The translations under genes and the position numbers were made by a program. A stretch of DNA of 62,943 bases, counting the filler, from Cirrosporium novae-zelandiae (lineage: Eukaryota): assembly GCA_026023565.1 (NCBI GenBank). It is 5 parts of 5 records of this genome, joined end to end, with 100 filler letters (N's around TTAATTAATTAA, not from the genome) between each part and the next. Parts side by side here need not be neighbours in the genome. Positions count along the whole stretch, not along the records: positions 50,024 to 58,084 come from JAPETS010000094.1; positions 58,185 to 62,943 come from JAPETS010000097.1; 3 more parts are not named here. The stretch is one strand, 5' to 3'. Positions 52,361-62,943 of this stretch are shown piece after piece. Numbering within the stretch: the stretch's first letter is position 1; the number at the start of each line of letters is the position of its first letter. The notes under the pieces are model-generated. The model saw nothing but the letters and a program-made list of their open reading frames with translations, was not told where the DNA came from and made no database searches.

Positions 52361-54643
52361 CTAAAATACTGTACTTCCCATAACGTTTTTGAATATTCCT
52401 TGACCGTGTTTCAATTTTTCGATCCGATCCTCCAAAAATTCCCTCTGCCTTTTAGCTGACGCAGGCTCCGACGCAATTCCCTCCACTTCGGATTCTGATA
52501 AACCATTCACAACAACTGGCGAAAATATCTTCTCGAGCCCACGGACAATATGGCGTTCAATAACTTGGGTGGTGATGTTTGCAACAAACGTTTTTTGAGA
52601 CACCTTGATCGAGAAATTGTTAACTTGACATGGTATCGAAAAATTGGGATGATAAAAGTTACAGACCTTGTAAATGGCAAACAAGCAATCCAAAGCCTCT
52701 TCACAGCTGAATTTTTCCATATCAGGGTCAACCTGTTGAGTATATCCCTTTACAGCACTATCGATGTCGACGATTGCGGACGTGTGATTTGATTGGCATT
52801 CTGGAAGCAGTACGTGGGTTGTCGCGTTGTTCACGCAGTCTGCGAGATTTTTTTTCTGTCTTTCTTGGCGGCGCTTATTGATTACGTCGGTATAATAGTG
52901 ATTGTAATTAATTGGATAACTCCTAATATCTTCCATTATCCGGTCAAGCTCCTGAAGAGCGGCTTTGTGTCTGATTTTGAGGACATCCTCGACTTGAGCC
53001 GACCAAAGACGGGATCGAACATCCTTGGGACACTTGTCCGTGAGTAGAATATTGAGGAACTCACGGCATATTGCTGCTACTTGATCCACGTGGCCCACGG
53101 CTAGTTGATGCCAATTGGAACACTGCTCCCAAAAAAGCTCACTGATAAGAAGTGGGTTGAAATTACCTATCAGCTCTTTTCCCCGAGTGCGAATGATAGC
53201 CTGACTAACCCATTCGAGAGCGGTATCTTTGAACATTATCACCGGCTTTTTGGATATTAGGTCCAGATGTTTCGAGCTAAAGGTTGTCGACTGGCTAGCA
53301 TCAGATAACTCCTCCTCCATGTCGATGTAATATTTGTGGCCGTTAGTACGAATGTTGTCAGAAAATTTAGTGTTCATGAACTGCACAACCGCACGAACCC
53401 TTCGGATTGTTGATGGCAAGGTAAGCGAAAAAGGCTGACCAGTACCACGATGAAAGTAATCTCCTTCGTAATGCCCGCCCACTGCAGCTTTGCATATTTC
53501 GTAGTAGTCAAGGCTCAGTTGAGTCAAGTATATTCTACAATCTGCCGGTGTTGTTCGACGATCTCCCATCACATCTAGCTGCTTCTTTGCATCATTCAAT
53601 GCCTTTTCGAGATCCTCCTGTAGGTTTGGAAGCTCTTGTTTGACGTGTTCGAATAATAGGCTACTCAACCGGAGCCGCAAGGAATCGATTCCCCAACAGT
53701 CTTCAGGTAGACTGCTAAAGATTGAGTTGCGAATATAACTAACCTCTGATATATTTCGCTCCATGAGCGAGCTAGACGTCTCTTCGAAACTGCGGTTTTT
53801 TAGCACGTGCCAACCCAGCTTTAAAAAGACATCCTCGTTGCGTGCTAGAGCAAAAAATGCCTTCTCACTACCAGAACCTCGAGGGAGTCGATCAGGTTTG
53901 GTGATGATACCCAGTGTACGTTCTCCCTCTGGATCAACTTCCCTTACCTTGGTGAGGATTTTCTGGTTGGCGTAATCATGAGTTGCAGAGACAACGGCTA
54001 AGCAAATCGTCCTAGATTGCGAGATATATTGATCCGTGATTTGCGCGACGAGATCTACATCTGCCTTCGTCACACCTTTTGTTTCGGTCTGAATAAGGCC
54101 TGGGATGTCGACCAATGTCAATTGAGGCCTTGAAGGTCCTTCGATTTCAACACTGAGCACGTCTCTAGCAAATGCCTTAAGATTCGACGTTGAACCGTCG
54201 TTGAGCCCCATAACAGCCATTGCGGCATCCATAACGATCGGGAGCTCATCGAAGTCCGTAATTGACTCTTGGAATGATTTTATGGATTCCTGTTCTGGGG
54301 TAGGTCGCTTGGCATCGGGAATCACTTTTATTGTAAGAGAGTTGACCGTAGCACGTCGGAGGATTATTTCCGTAGCAAAGCGTGTACATAGGTTATCGTT
54401 TCTTGGAAATGGAATCTCGGTGAGTGCTTCAAGGACGGAGCTTTTCCCGGCTGATTGATCCCCGCATACCACTAATTGAGGAAGCGACAGGATACTATCA
54501 AGACCACATTTGCGGACCTGGGCAATAGTATCAAGAACACGTCGTTGCTCATCGGTCTGAAGGTCTTCGAGTGAAGGAGTGATATTCAATTCTTCGACAC
54601 AAGCAGTAATGAAACGCTCATCAAGATGCTCAGACTCTCCCAT
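52361..54643 (-). CDS. Dynamin-superfamily GTPase, Mx-like fungal accessory type
   Basis: LPQLVVCGDQSAGKSS (G1), LCTRFATE (G2), TLVDIPG (G3), GIITKPD (G4) and GWHVLKNR; C-terminal GED-like helix. Confidence 0.92.
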   Translation of the reverse strand: MGESEHLDERFITACVEELNITPSLEDLQTDEQRRVLDTIAQVRKCGLDSILSLPQLVVCGDQSAGKSSVLEALTEIPFPRNDNLCTRFATEIILRRATVNSLTIKVIPDAKRPTPEQESIKSFQESITDFDELPIVMDAAMAVMGLNDGSTSNLKAFARDVLSVEIEGPSRPQLTLVDIPGLIQTETKGVTKADVDLVAQITDQYISQSRTICLAVVSATHDYANQKILTKVREVDPEGERTLGIITKPDRLPRGSGSEKAFFALARNEDVFLKLGWHVLKNRSFEETSSSLMERNISEVSYIRNSIFSSLPEDCWGIDSLRLRLSSLLFEHVKQELPNLQEDLEKALNDAKKQLDVMGDRRTTPADCRIYLTQLSLDYYEICKAAVGGHYEGDYFHRGTGQPFSLTLPSTIRRVRAVVQFMNTKFSDNIRTNGHKYYIDMEEELSDASQSTTFSSKHLDLISKKPVIMFKDTALEWVSQAIIRTRGKELIGNFNPLLISELFWEQCSNWHQLAVGHVDQVAAICREFLNILLTDKCPKDVRSRLWSAQVEDVLKIRHKAALQELDRIMEDIRSYPINYNHYYTDVINKRRQERQKKNLADCVNNATTHVLLPECQSNHTSAIVDIDSAVKGYTQQVDPDMEKFSCEEALDCLFAIYKVCNFYHPNFSIPCQVNNFSIKVSQKTFVANITTQVIERHIVRGLEKIFSPVVVNGLSESEVEGIASEPASAKRQREFLEDRIEKLKHGQGIFKNVMGSTVF

Positions 54644-56435
54644 GGCGGCGAAAATAACGATGCAAATAACGGTAGTATCGATGAAAGCTTCAGTCAGACG
54701 ATGACAAAAGCGTAGTTGGAAAGTCTAGGAATGCTTTACTAAGTCATACAGGCCGTCTTTATATGAAATGAGTGAAATCATCAAAGAAAGTCGAAATTAT
54801 TGCATTCCCCATTAGGTGGCCAAGTATGTCAATCTTGTGAAATATCAAATAGCGGTAACAACATTATGCATAAGGGTAACCACGATATGAGACCAAATTA
54901 TGATGAATTCTCTCGTCTTTTTTTTTGCCCCTATGTGTTGTCTGCTGCATTGTTTAAATCTCTGGCAATCTCGTGACAGTGATTCCAAGAAATTAATTAG
55001 CTTTTCATGGTACTGGCAAAATTGTTTGGTCAATAACAGTAAAAAGCAAAGTGTATATTGTGATATGTGATCTCATAAAAGGATGCTGTTCCATTATTTA
55101 CCAGAATTTCTCACCAATCCCTACAGGAAGGGAGGAATAGGCATGGATGATATGGATATTCTCAAGTTGTTTGCCCGTGTAATGGTACAATATCAAGATA
55201 ATATCTAGGATATAGTACAGATGACTGGCTTTGTGGGAATTGATAAGTCTAATCATTCCCTCCGATATTATGCTTCCGACGTTGTGCCACTACATCATGT
55301 AAAAGATAAATCAAGAAATACCAAGGCTTTGTTTTTTTGTCCAAAATATACGTAAATATAGGCGGTGTAAATAGTGTGACCTCACATCGTTAGCATGCTT
55401 CAAAAGAGCTGCCAACGACGTATAACTTTCTTTTTCTCGGGATGCTGCTCTGCAGGTGAAGAGCAGTAGAACATCGCCATCGGCTCACCCACAGATCGGG
55501 AAAATCAGCAGAACACTACGGCGAGACTGAAAGAAATGCCATTGAAATGTTGGGTCTGAATTGGCTTGGGCAAAGAAGGATAGCTATCATTGTCTTATAG
55601 ATTTTGGGCTAATACGACCCTCATGTTCCCATTATCGCTATCATTATCATCGTGAGTATCACCATCAATGATCGTCTTCAAATTGTCCGAAAGATTAATA
55701 GCAGTGTTATAATGTAGTTTGTTTCTCTTGTCGGAACCTATTGAATAGTGATTGTCTAGATCCCCCCTCGTCTCGTAGTGATTCATAGGTCTTGTGACGA
55801 AGAGTGGTTATGGGCCTTTTATGTTGGCCCGATGGAAACAAATCATCTACAAGAAACAGAAGCACCGGCGTTACTATGAAACAGTCCCCAAGTTAGTGTC
55901 AAATTCTAAGGAACTAGGTTTTGGCTGTTATCATGCTTGTCATCGTCGAGTACCATCGGCCGATTTGTATATTTTTGATAGGGCATCCCCTGTATGCCAA
56001 GGGAATGATTTGACAGTCGAAAGACATGCATAACTCAGCTGGAACAAGCTGGCGGTAAGGATGCGTTGAGCTAGAGGCCTTGTACAACCGTAATAAGATC
56101 AATCAATCAAATCTTCTGTTAACCGTTTGGGTTATGGTATATTGATCGATGGTCCAGTTAATCCACTAATTGGGGATTTTGCAGTTGCTTAGGCACATAG
56201 GCTGCAAATTCATGCAATCGTGGCACATCTAAATATGCAATAGTAGTTCCAAGAACTCTTCTTCAGTAGCAATCTAATTTATATAATATATACTTGCATG
56301 TATACCCTGGTTCTCTTCTCACACGTAGCCCACAGCCGAGGCTGCAGCCATGGCCTTACATCTATATATATAATCTATAGTCGAAATTAATGTCGATAAG
56401 TTGAACACCCTTCATCACCATTTGAAAATTTCTCC

Positions 56436-57438
56436 ATGCCAAGCAAAGTGGAACTAGAGCGGAGACGATTTCAATCTTTAAGAGATCGTGTAATAAATCA
56501 AGTCAGAGCAGAGCTAGCATACAGACGAACTCAATCCTCAATAGATCGTCTGGGACATCCGATTTTTCAAGAGTCAACGTCACAACAATTGCCAGATACT
56601 TCCGCTCCCGACAGGGAGCTTATATCTCAGTTCACCTGGCAAGTATTAACATTCCGTAAAGTACACAACGACTATGTTAATGTCTCATAGCAAGTTACCC
56701 GGGATAATGGATGGTGACCAAACGAAATTGTTAAAAGGCATCTCTAAGTCAGGATCTCTAGCCCAAAAAATAAAGGTCGGCTAACATGATACAGGCTTTT
56801 TAATAGCACCGAATACTCAGATGTAACTATCTATATTGGGAAGATAGAGCTACCTGCTCATGCCTCGGTATTGGCTGTTCAAAGCAGATACTTCGAAAAG
56901 GCCTTGAAATCCAGGTTTCAGGAAGGGGAAACCAAGGTCTTTCGTTTTGAATCAGGGAGCGGGCACGCTTATTGGAGAGTTTTTGATTATTTATACACGG
57001 GAACCTACTCGGATGAAGCATATCAAAATCTAGAAATCGATGGTAAGTGCACCTCATCCTCAGTCATTATAGCTGGGGTTGATAATAAGAATAGACGACA
57101 TTGAACTCCTCAAGCACATCCGGGTATATGCATTAGCGGATTTCTTCTTCATCGATGAATTGAAAGAGATTGCCTGCAAAATGTTCAAATCAAAACTACA
57201 AAATCTTTGGGTCAGCGAAACCTTGGTTGATTGTATTTCGGAAGTATACACCACAACTCATGAGGAGGACAAGGCGATGAGGCGAGTGGTATTGGACGTG
57301 GTCAGCAATCATCTAAAAGACCTTTGGAACGGAAAAGTATTCCAAAACCTTGTACGAGATAATGGCAATTTTGCTGTGGACCTTGTTGAAAAGCTGAATG
57401 AAATTGTCAGGGCAGCGCCTAATAAGTTAGGGTGGTAG
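56436..57438 (+). CDS. BTB/POZ domain protein (first exon tentative)
   Basis: YSDVTIYIG...PAHASVLAVQSRYFEKALKSRFQEG...FDYLYTGTY and HIRVYALADFFFIDELK. Introns ~56748-56793 and ~57043-57094; a putative GC-AG intron 56639-56690 links the 56436 ORF. Confidence 0.8.
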
Positions 57439-58084
57439 AACAACTACTCACTAACTAATGAGGTTCCTGGCTTGATAGTAGTATAGTAATAGTAGAATCT
57501 TATGCAAGACGCAAGAGATGATGACAGCTTAGGAATCGCGCATGAGGTTATTCGGTTCTACAACAAAACACCTATTCCTTGAATGGACATCACAAAATGT
57601 TTGAAACTCATTATCGGGGATCACGAATTTAGAGCTATATTCTGGGCGTTGTAATAGGAACGCCTAAATGTTATTTTGTAAGGATATCGAATTAAATCTA
57701 TGAAACCGATGCTATCTGGTCTTGGCACGGAATACTCCGGAACATCATTATATCCCTGCTGAAAACCCTAGTTGAATATGCTTTGTCACCAAACGTTTAG
57801 AGAAAGTGTAAAAAATTATCGTAGGGAGGAGTTTCGTCCAGCCCGGTCAGTTCGGCTCTGTTGCTCTCTATATCTTTGCACATTAGACACCATCACGTAA
57901 AAAAATTGTTATTAGAAAAAGGATACGACCCTATAATTGATGGTAGCCTTATGGGACCTTCCTACCCTATGGGCCACAAATCCCACAGGCTACCTGATCC
58001 CATAAGGAATTGCAACCCTCATGGGATTTGCCTCCCACATGGGCGATAATCACCACGCGGTAGCGCATCCCACCGGGGATGTGG

Positions 58085-58184
58085 NNNNNNNNNNNNNNNN
58101 NNNNNNNNNNNNNNNNNNNNNNNNNNNNTTAATTAATTAANNNNNNNNNNNNNNNNNNNNNNNNNNNNNNNNNNNNNNNNNNNN
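58085..58184. other. Assembly gap with artificial linker
   Basis: 44 N + TTAATTAATTAA + 44 N; truncates the EST1-like gene. Confidence 0.97.
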
Positions 58185-59546
58185 TTTCAAGGGATTTTCG
58201 AATGGGGTCTGACTGGGATTTACTTTCGGTAGTTGGTCCAGTGTGATGGCCGAGGCGTTTATTATAAGCTCGTGTGAATATGGCATCAGAAAGTCCGTAC
58301 TCGAAAAATGCGGCGTGGTTTGCAATCGCGACCCAGGGACCTTGTTCCTTAAATTTAGCAGTAACCCTGCTGATATAATCGTCAAACAACTGTGGAAGAT
58401 TGAGAATATTTTCCATGAAAGCTTCATCGGATCCTTGTGTAAATATGATGGCATGAGTTCGAATAAAAATAGTTTCAACAGGCTGCAGTTTATAATATGT
58501 TGGCTCGTTGGCTTCCAATATTGGATTCAAGAGAATAAGGATACTTTCTCTGGCACTTTGGAATGGCTGGACGCAAGTTAAAGATCGAGTATAGAAATAA
58601 AGCTGCTGTAAGGCGACAGGCCGTGCAAGAATAGCAAGATGATGGTAGAGACGGCCAACGTTCGGGTTCTTATCAGCGGCCTTCGAATACCAAAAACATG
58701 AAACCCCAGTCCATATTTCTCTGTCACGAATATCATCATCCTCAATAGCCATACGATAACGTCCCAAGTCTCCGAGACATTCAATCCAAGTGTCTTCATA
58801 AGTAGGGACCGTTTCATATAAAAGTGTCACCATCGAATAGGCCAAATAAATGAAAGACAGCATATGATCTAAGGATTCAGGTAGTCTGTGGCGTAAAACC
58901 TCTAGAAACGAATGTATTCCATGACGCCACATTCTGGCTGGCATACTATATTTCGCTGCCAATTTGCGCAAAACAGGACTAGCAGAAGGATGTTGGGATG
59001 CTAAAAAAAAATCGTGATGTTCATGAAGGAGCGTGCGATGAAGAGCTATTAATGCATGCCATTGTTCGTTGTTAAGCCCAGGTTCATTTGCCTGAAAAGC
59101 TATGGTTTGCGCGTTGTCGACATCAATACATCGTTTTTCGACCATACGTAGTCCTGCATATATACCTTCTCGCATGATTAGATAGGCACGTAAACAATAA
59201 TTAAAGGAATGAGCGACGTACTTTTAACTTCATTGATCAACTGTTTTTGGGAAATAGGCCGAGTTTCAGGTCGAAGAAGGAGATCAGGTATATTTTGATT
59301 TGAGGTCGAAGAGTGACCTTGGTCAATGTTTAGATACTGAAACGTGAAATTGACTGGACCCTGTGGATGACGAGGGCGGGAATAGTCAAGCTGCGATTTC
59401 CTTTTTGGCGGCGTTTTTAATTCCGGCATCTTTTTGTTTGGAGAAGCCTTAAAGTTGTTCAGTCCTCTTACGGCCACGCCTGTATCACTCCCTGAGGTTG
59501 ATGGTGATGTTGAACTGGGAGTTACTCGGCATGATTTGGAAGCCAT
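58185..59546 (-). CDS. EST1/Ebs1/SMG5-7-like TPR-type DNA/RNA-binding protein (3' end lost in gap)
   Basis: RPISQKQLINEVK/GIYAGLRMVE, QWHALIALHRTLLHEHHDFFLASQHPSAS, TWIECLGDLGRYRMAIEDDD and GRLYHHLAILARP, as in the Pezizomycotina EST1-like family. Confidence 0.85.
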
Positions 59547-59934
59547 TTCAGGATACAAAGTCAACTTGATACTTGGAATCACTGCTCGTTATTTTGAACT
59601 GTCTGAGCTAACTCTAACTTTTAATTCATTAGTATTTGAAAGTGGAAAAATATCGAAGTGAGAATATCTGTGAATCAGGGTAGTATAGCCACATACCTAA
59701 TTCGTCCTGCTTTCAAATATAAATGTCCCCGAGTGTCTGTAAGTCTCAGCTCCGGTGTAAAAGATACAAGAACCATGCATGGTGTGTTTTAAAGGATTGG
59801 TAGGACTTGTTTTTTGAGACTCGAAGATAGCATCGCTCAGATTTCTAGGCATAAGGCTTTGGTGTAAATGATTACAGGCAAGGCGTTTGTAATTGGTTCA
59901 GTCGCCTTGTTGCCTTGATGAAGTGTTTGCCAGG

Positions 59935-60250
59935 AATGAAGGCATCAGAGCCTCAATCCTTCAATCTTTTCCGCCCTGTTTCTCCTTCTTTGGTTCAGGC
60001 AGGAGCTAAGTGGTAATAGTTTTTGACATGTCCTAGGAATTCATTTCAGCTCGCATCCTTGCACATTGGTTGCAGGGCCTCGGAGGATTTTCCGGACATA
60101 GTACACCTTACTTACTCTAGGTCGTACATCATTTGCATCAAATAGCGTCTCGTGGTCTAAACATTGGCTTTCTTAATCTTGCAGCAGATTGAACATTGGA
60201 CTTCCGCGATCAAATCAGATATTGTCAAAGAATCAATAACCAACAAGGGG
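59935..60250 (+). repeat. ~310-bp direct repeat, copy 1 (copy 2 at ~62525-62845)
   Basis: Shared blocks TTCCGCCCTGTTT, ATCCTTGCACATT, GGGCCTCGGAGGATT.TCCGGACATAGTA and TTGGACTTCCGCGATCAAATCA.ATATTGTCAAAGAATCAATAACCAACAA. Confidence 0.88.
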
Positions 60251-61118
60251 CTGTATTCTAGAACGTTCATCACTAGACCTATATAGAGCTCAGAGTATAA
60301 TCAACGATAACTCATCCTAGCTACGGAATGAGTTTCCATGGAAGCCACGTTCACGGCAGACTCGATCTTATACAGATGTCCCATTTCCAGGGCAGTCAAT
60401 CAAGTTTGCTCTAATCAGCTCCACAACAAAATCCGTACCGGCTCGGCTTCTGTCGCCAAGCCCGGAAATAAACGACCTATTAGCCGAGTTTTTTCAAAAA
60501 AGTATGTTATAATATAACTACAACTCTTGGCCCTTGCATACCTCTGCCAAAGGGACCATTTGACAAACATTCGTTGGATAGGTAATTAGGAAAATTGAGT
60601 CCAACTAGGAGAGGGAATAGTTCAAGAATGGTGAAGCTGGGATATGGTTTACTACTGTGGTTGGAATGCTTGGCCAAATAAGCTCGGAGGTTTCGGCTAG
60701 GGATCCACTTAAACGCTGCCATCGATTTCAACTACAACAACATCTTTTAGGTAAATCCTAGTAAATCCGGCGTCAGTGAAACCCTACTTTTCTATACTCC
60801 AAGAACAGCGGTTGGGAACAAGGGCCCTGTGACCTATTCTTATCCCTTCCTCGGTTCTCCAAGGAATGCGTTTTGGAATAAGGGCTTCCTTATTCCTTTA
60901 AGGTTTCTATTCTCCTAACACATCTTCTGTCTTGAAGTTTTTATTCCTAGGACCTCTGTTTTTCTAGGACTTCTTCTTTCTTGAGATTTATATTGCCTGA
61001 GGGTTTCTATTAACCTGAAATTTCTATTTTCCTAGGGCTTCCGTTTTCTAGCATTTTTAATAGCTGAGAATCATATTTAGTTTGTCTATGTTGCATCTAA
61101 TCTAATCAATCCCACAGC

Positions 61119-62315
61119 TTAACATTTTTTCCCCCGGTTTTTGATACCTTTGTTGCTGTTCTTGTAGATCCTGGCGAAATATTCCCATAATTCTTTGTCT
61201 TGAGCAGAATGAACATCTTCTGGGTTCATAGAGGCGGATCTGGAAATAAGGTTTTAGAGGGTGGTTATATGAAATTTTTTCTGGTGAGACTACAATGGAT
61301 GTTAGATCTTCATACTAAATATAGCTCGATAGGACAGTTAGGACCTTAAGATTTTTTGATTGAGTGAAATATTTCCCGCAATTGTCGAGTTTGCATATGA
61401 AAGGTTTGCGTTTTTCGTGTATGATATGATGGGCGTAAAGATTGCTTCGTCGAGTAAACTGTTTTTTACAAATCGTACAGAAGTAAGGGTGGTCACCGGT
61501 ATGGTATATTTTGTGTGTCTATTATATATAGGTTAGTGGCAGAATTTTTATTTTTTGAGCTGTAAAGGAATATTTACTATCAAATCTTCGAATTGGGAGA
61601 ATCTTTGTCCGCAAGAAGGTTCTTCACAAAGCTGAAAATAAATAGTTAGCCTATTCTGTCCAGATATAGAGCATCTGAAATTTGACTAATATACATATAG
61701 CTTTTCTCCAGTATGTTCCTGAATATGGTTATTTGGGTGCGTTATCCTAGAAAAGCTTCTGTCACAGCTGGAGGATGCAAAGTAATGTTTTCGACCTCCG
61801 TCGTGTTGAGGTAGAGTGAAGAGGGCAGAGGCTTGGGTATCCCGAACGCTTAAGTTAAGAGGAGTATCGGTTTGCGGAGCTGTTATTGTCTGCTGCGGAT
61901 TCGACCTCCTAGGCTTCGTATCGATCTCGGTATTGAATTGAGCTTCACTGGAAATTGAAGTTCCGTCATTGCTAGGGACCTGACAGGTCCCCCATTGAAA
62001 TGGAACCGAATAGACAGGATAATAGTTTTCGTGCTTGACTGGTGAGCATTGAGAGATGTAAACTGCTGTATCTTTGGCCTCGGGTGGTTGCGAAACTCTG
62101 TCGATGATGTTTGGGGGTTGAAACAGTATCATCGGTTCCTTGGTTGATTGGTATTCTGTCATAGCAGTATTCACGAAGAAATCGGTCTCCGAATACGGGG
62201 TTGGATAAAAGGCCAGGGAGGTTGGAACAGAAATATCAGAGAAGCAGGACATGTTTGGATCAAGATCACAAACAGTCATTCTGTACGGAGCAGAGTTCAT
62301 CGGTTGGGGGAACAT
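61119..62315 (-). pseudogene. AZF1-like C2H2 zinc-finger transcription factor, probably pseudogenised
   Basis: Spliced exons give CEEPSCGQRFSQ, HTGDHPYFCTICKKQF, KPFICKLDNCGKYFTQSKNLK/SHQKKFH and the AZF1-type tail [24 protein letters not shown]. In-frame TAA at 61254-61256; finger 1 lacks its first Cys. Confidence 0.78.
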
Positions 62316-62524
62316 GTCGAAAATTATTGAGTATCAAATACAGCTTTCTAGACTGTCACATAGCAGAATAAGCCAGCGCTTTATATACCACGGAAAATAT
62401 ATTAGAGAGGAAGAAATGTGACATAGCAGTGTCGGGGATCAGTACCGCTGCATCTCAAATCAAGGACTGGAGGACAGCGAGATCGAGCCATGGTAATGGC
62501 ACTAAGATTACTGGGCTTCTACAA

Positions 62525-62845
62525 GGATTAAAAGCCTTCAGAACCTCAAAATCTCAACCTCTTCCGCCCTGTTTTCTCTTCCTTGACTTAGGCAGGAACT
62601 AAATAAGAATAGTCTATGATATATCCTGAGAAATGAATTCAGCTTATATCCTTGCACATTAGCTGCGGGGCCTCGGAGGATTGTCCGGACATAGTATACT
62701 TTGTTTATCCTAGATCGTATGTTATTTCTACCAAACAGTGCCTTGCAGATTAAATATTAGCCTTTTTTATCTTGCAGCGGATTGAACGTTGGACTTCCGC
62801 GATCAAATCAAATATTGTCAAAGAATCAATAACCAACAAAAGGTT
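62525..62845 (+). repeat. ~310-bp direct repeat, copy 2
   Basis: Aligns collinearly with 59935-60250. Confidence 0.88.
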
Positions 62846-62943
62846 GTCTCCACGTGATATCACGTAGAGATAAGATAAGGCGTCGTGAATCGGAGATGTG
62901 AAATTTTTCCTCCCGTTCCGCGTGGCCTGTGTTATGTGATTGT

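Noticed and set aside
57947..58084. Small hairpin CCTTATGGGA...TCCCATAAGG beside a gap
   Set aside because: May be a repeat end that broke the assembly, but too short and truncated to assign.
61686..62315. BrlA-like regulator
   Set aside because: Downstream exons give four fingers and the AZF1-type tail instead.
39569..62943. Calling a Starship as a feature
   Set aside because: No DUF3435 recombinase or defined boundaries visible; kept only as a hypothesis.

Overview
Filamentous ascomycete (Pezizomycotina-type) genomic DNA with short GT-AG introns and CTAAC branch sites. Five contigs are joined by four 100-bp N-TTAATTAATTAA-N linkers, so adjacency across gaps is only partly verifiable. Bases 1-26 kb are core genome: an Sln1/TcsB-type hybrid histidine kinase, a GID2/Rmd5-type RING protein, an MCH-type MFS transporter, a conserved hypothetical protein, a peroxisomal SCP2 protein, a Nup2-like nucleoporin, a hotdog thioesterase and a PAP2 lipid phosphatase. 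At 29-36 kb, between microsatellite-dense spacers, lies a head-to-head pair: a HeLo-domain pseudokinase (MLKL-like architecture) and an intact-looking Ser/Thr kinase with ankyrin repeats. This is the best candidate for an undescribed fungal cell-death or immune module. From 39.6 kb to the end is an accessory, conflict-gene-rich island. It contains a HerA/VirB4-like ATPase, a Spok spore-killer-like pseudogene with its nuclease region deleted, a RING protein, an ~815-bp palindrome with nested flipped hairpins, an atypical kinase, an Mx-like dynamin, a BTB protein, an EST1-like gene and an AZF1-like pseudogene; the last two share a duplicated ~310-bp upstream element. All family calls come from motif recognition by eye, with no database searches.
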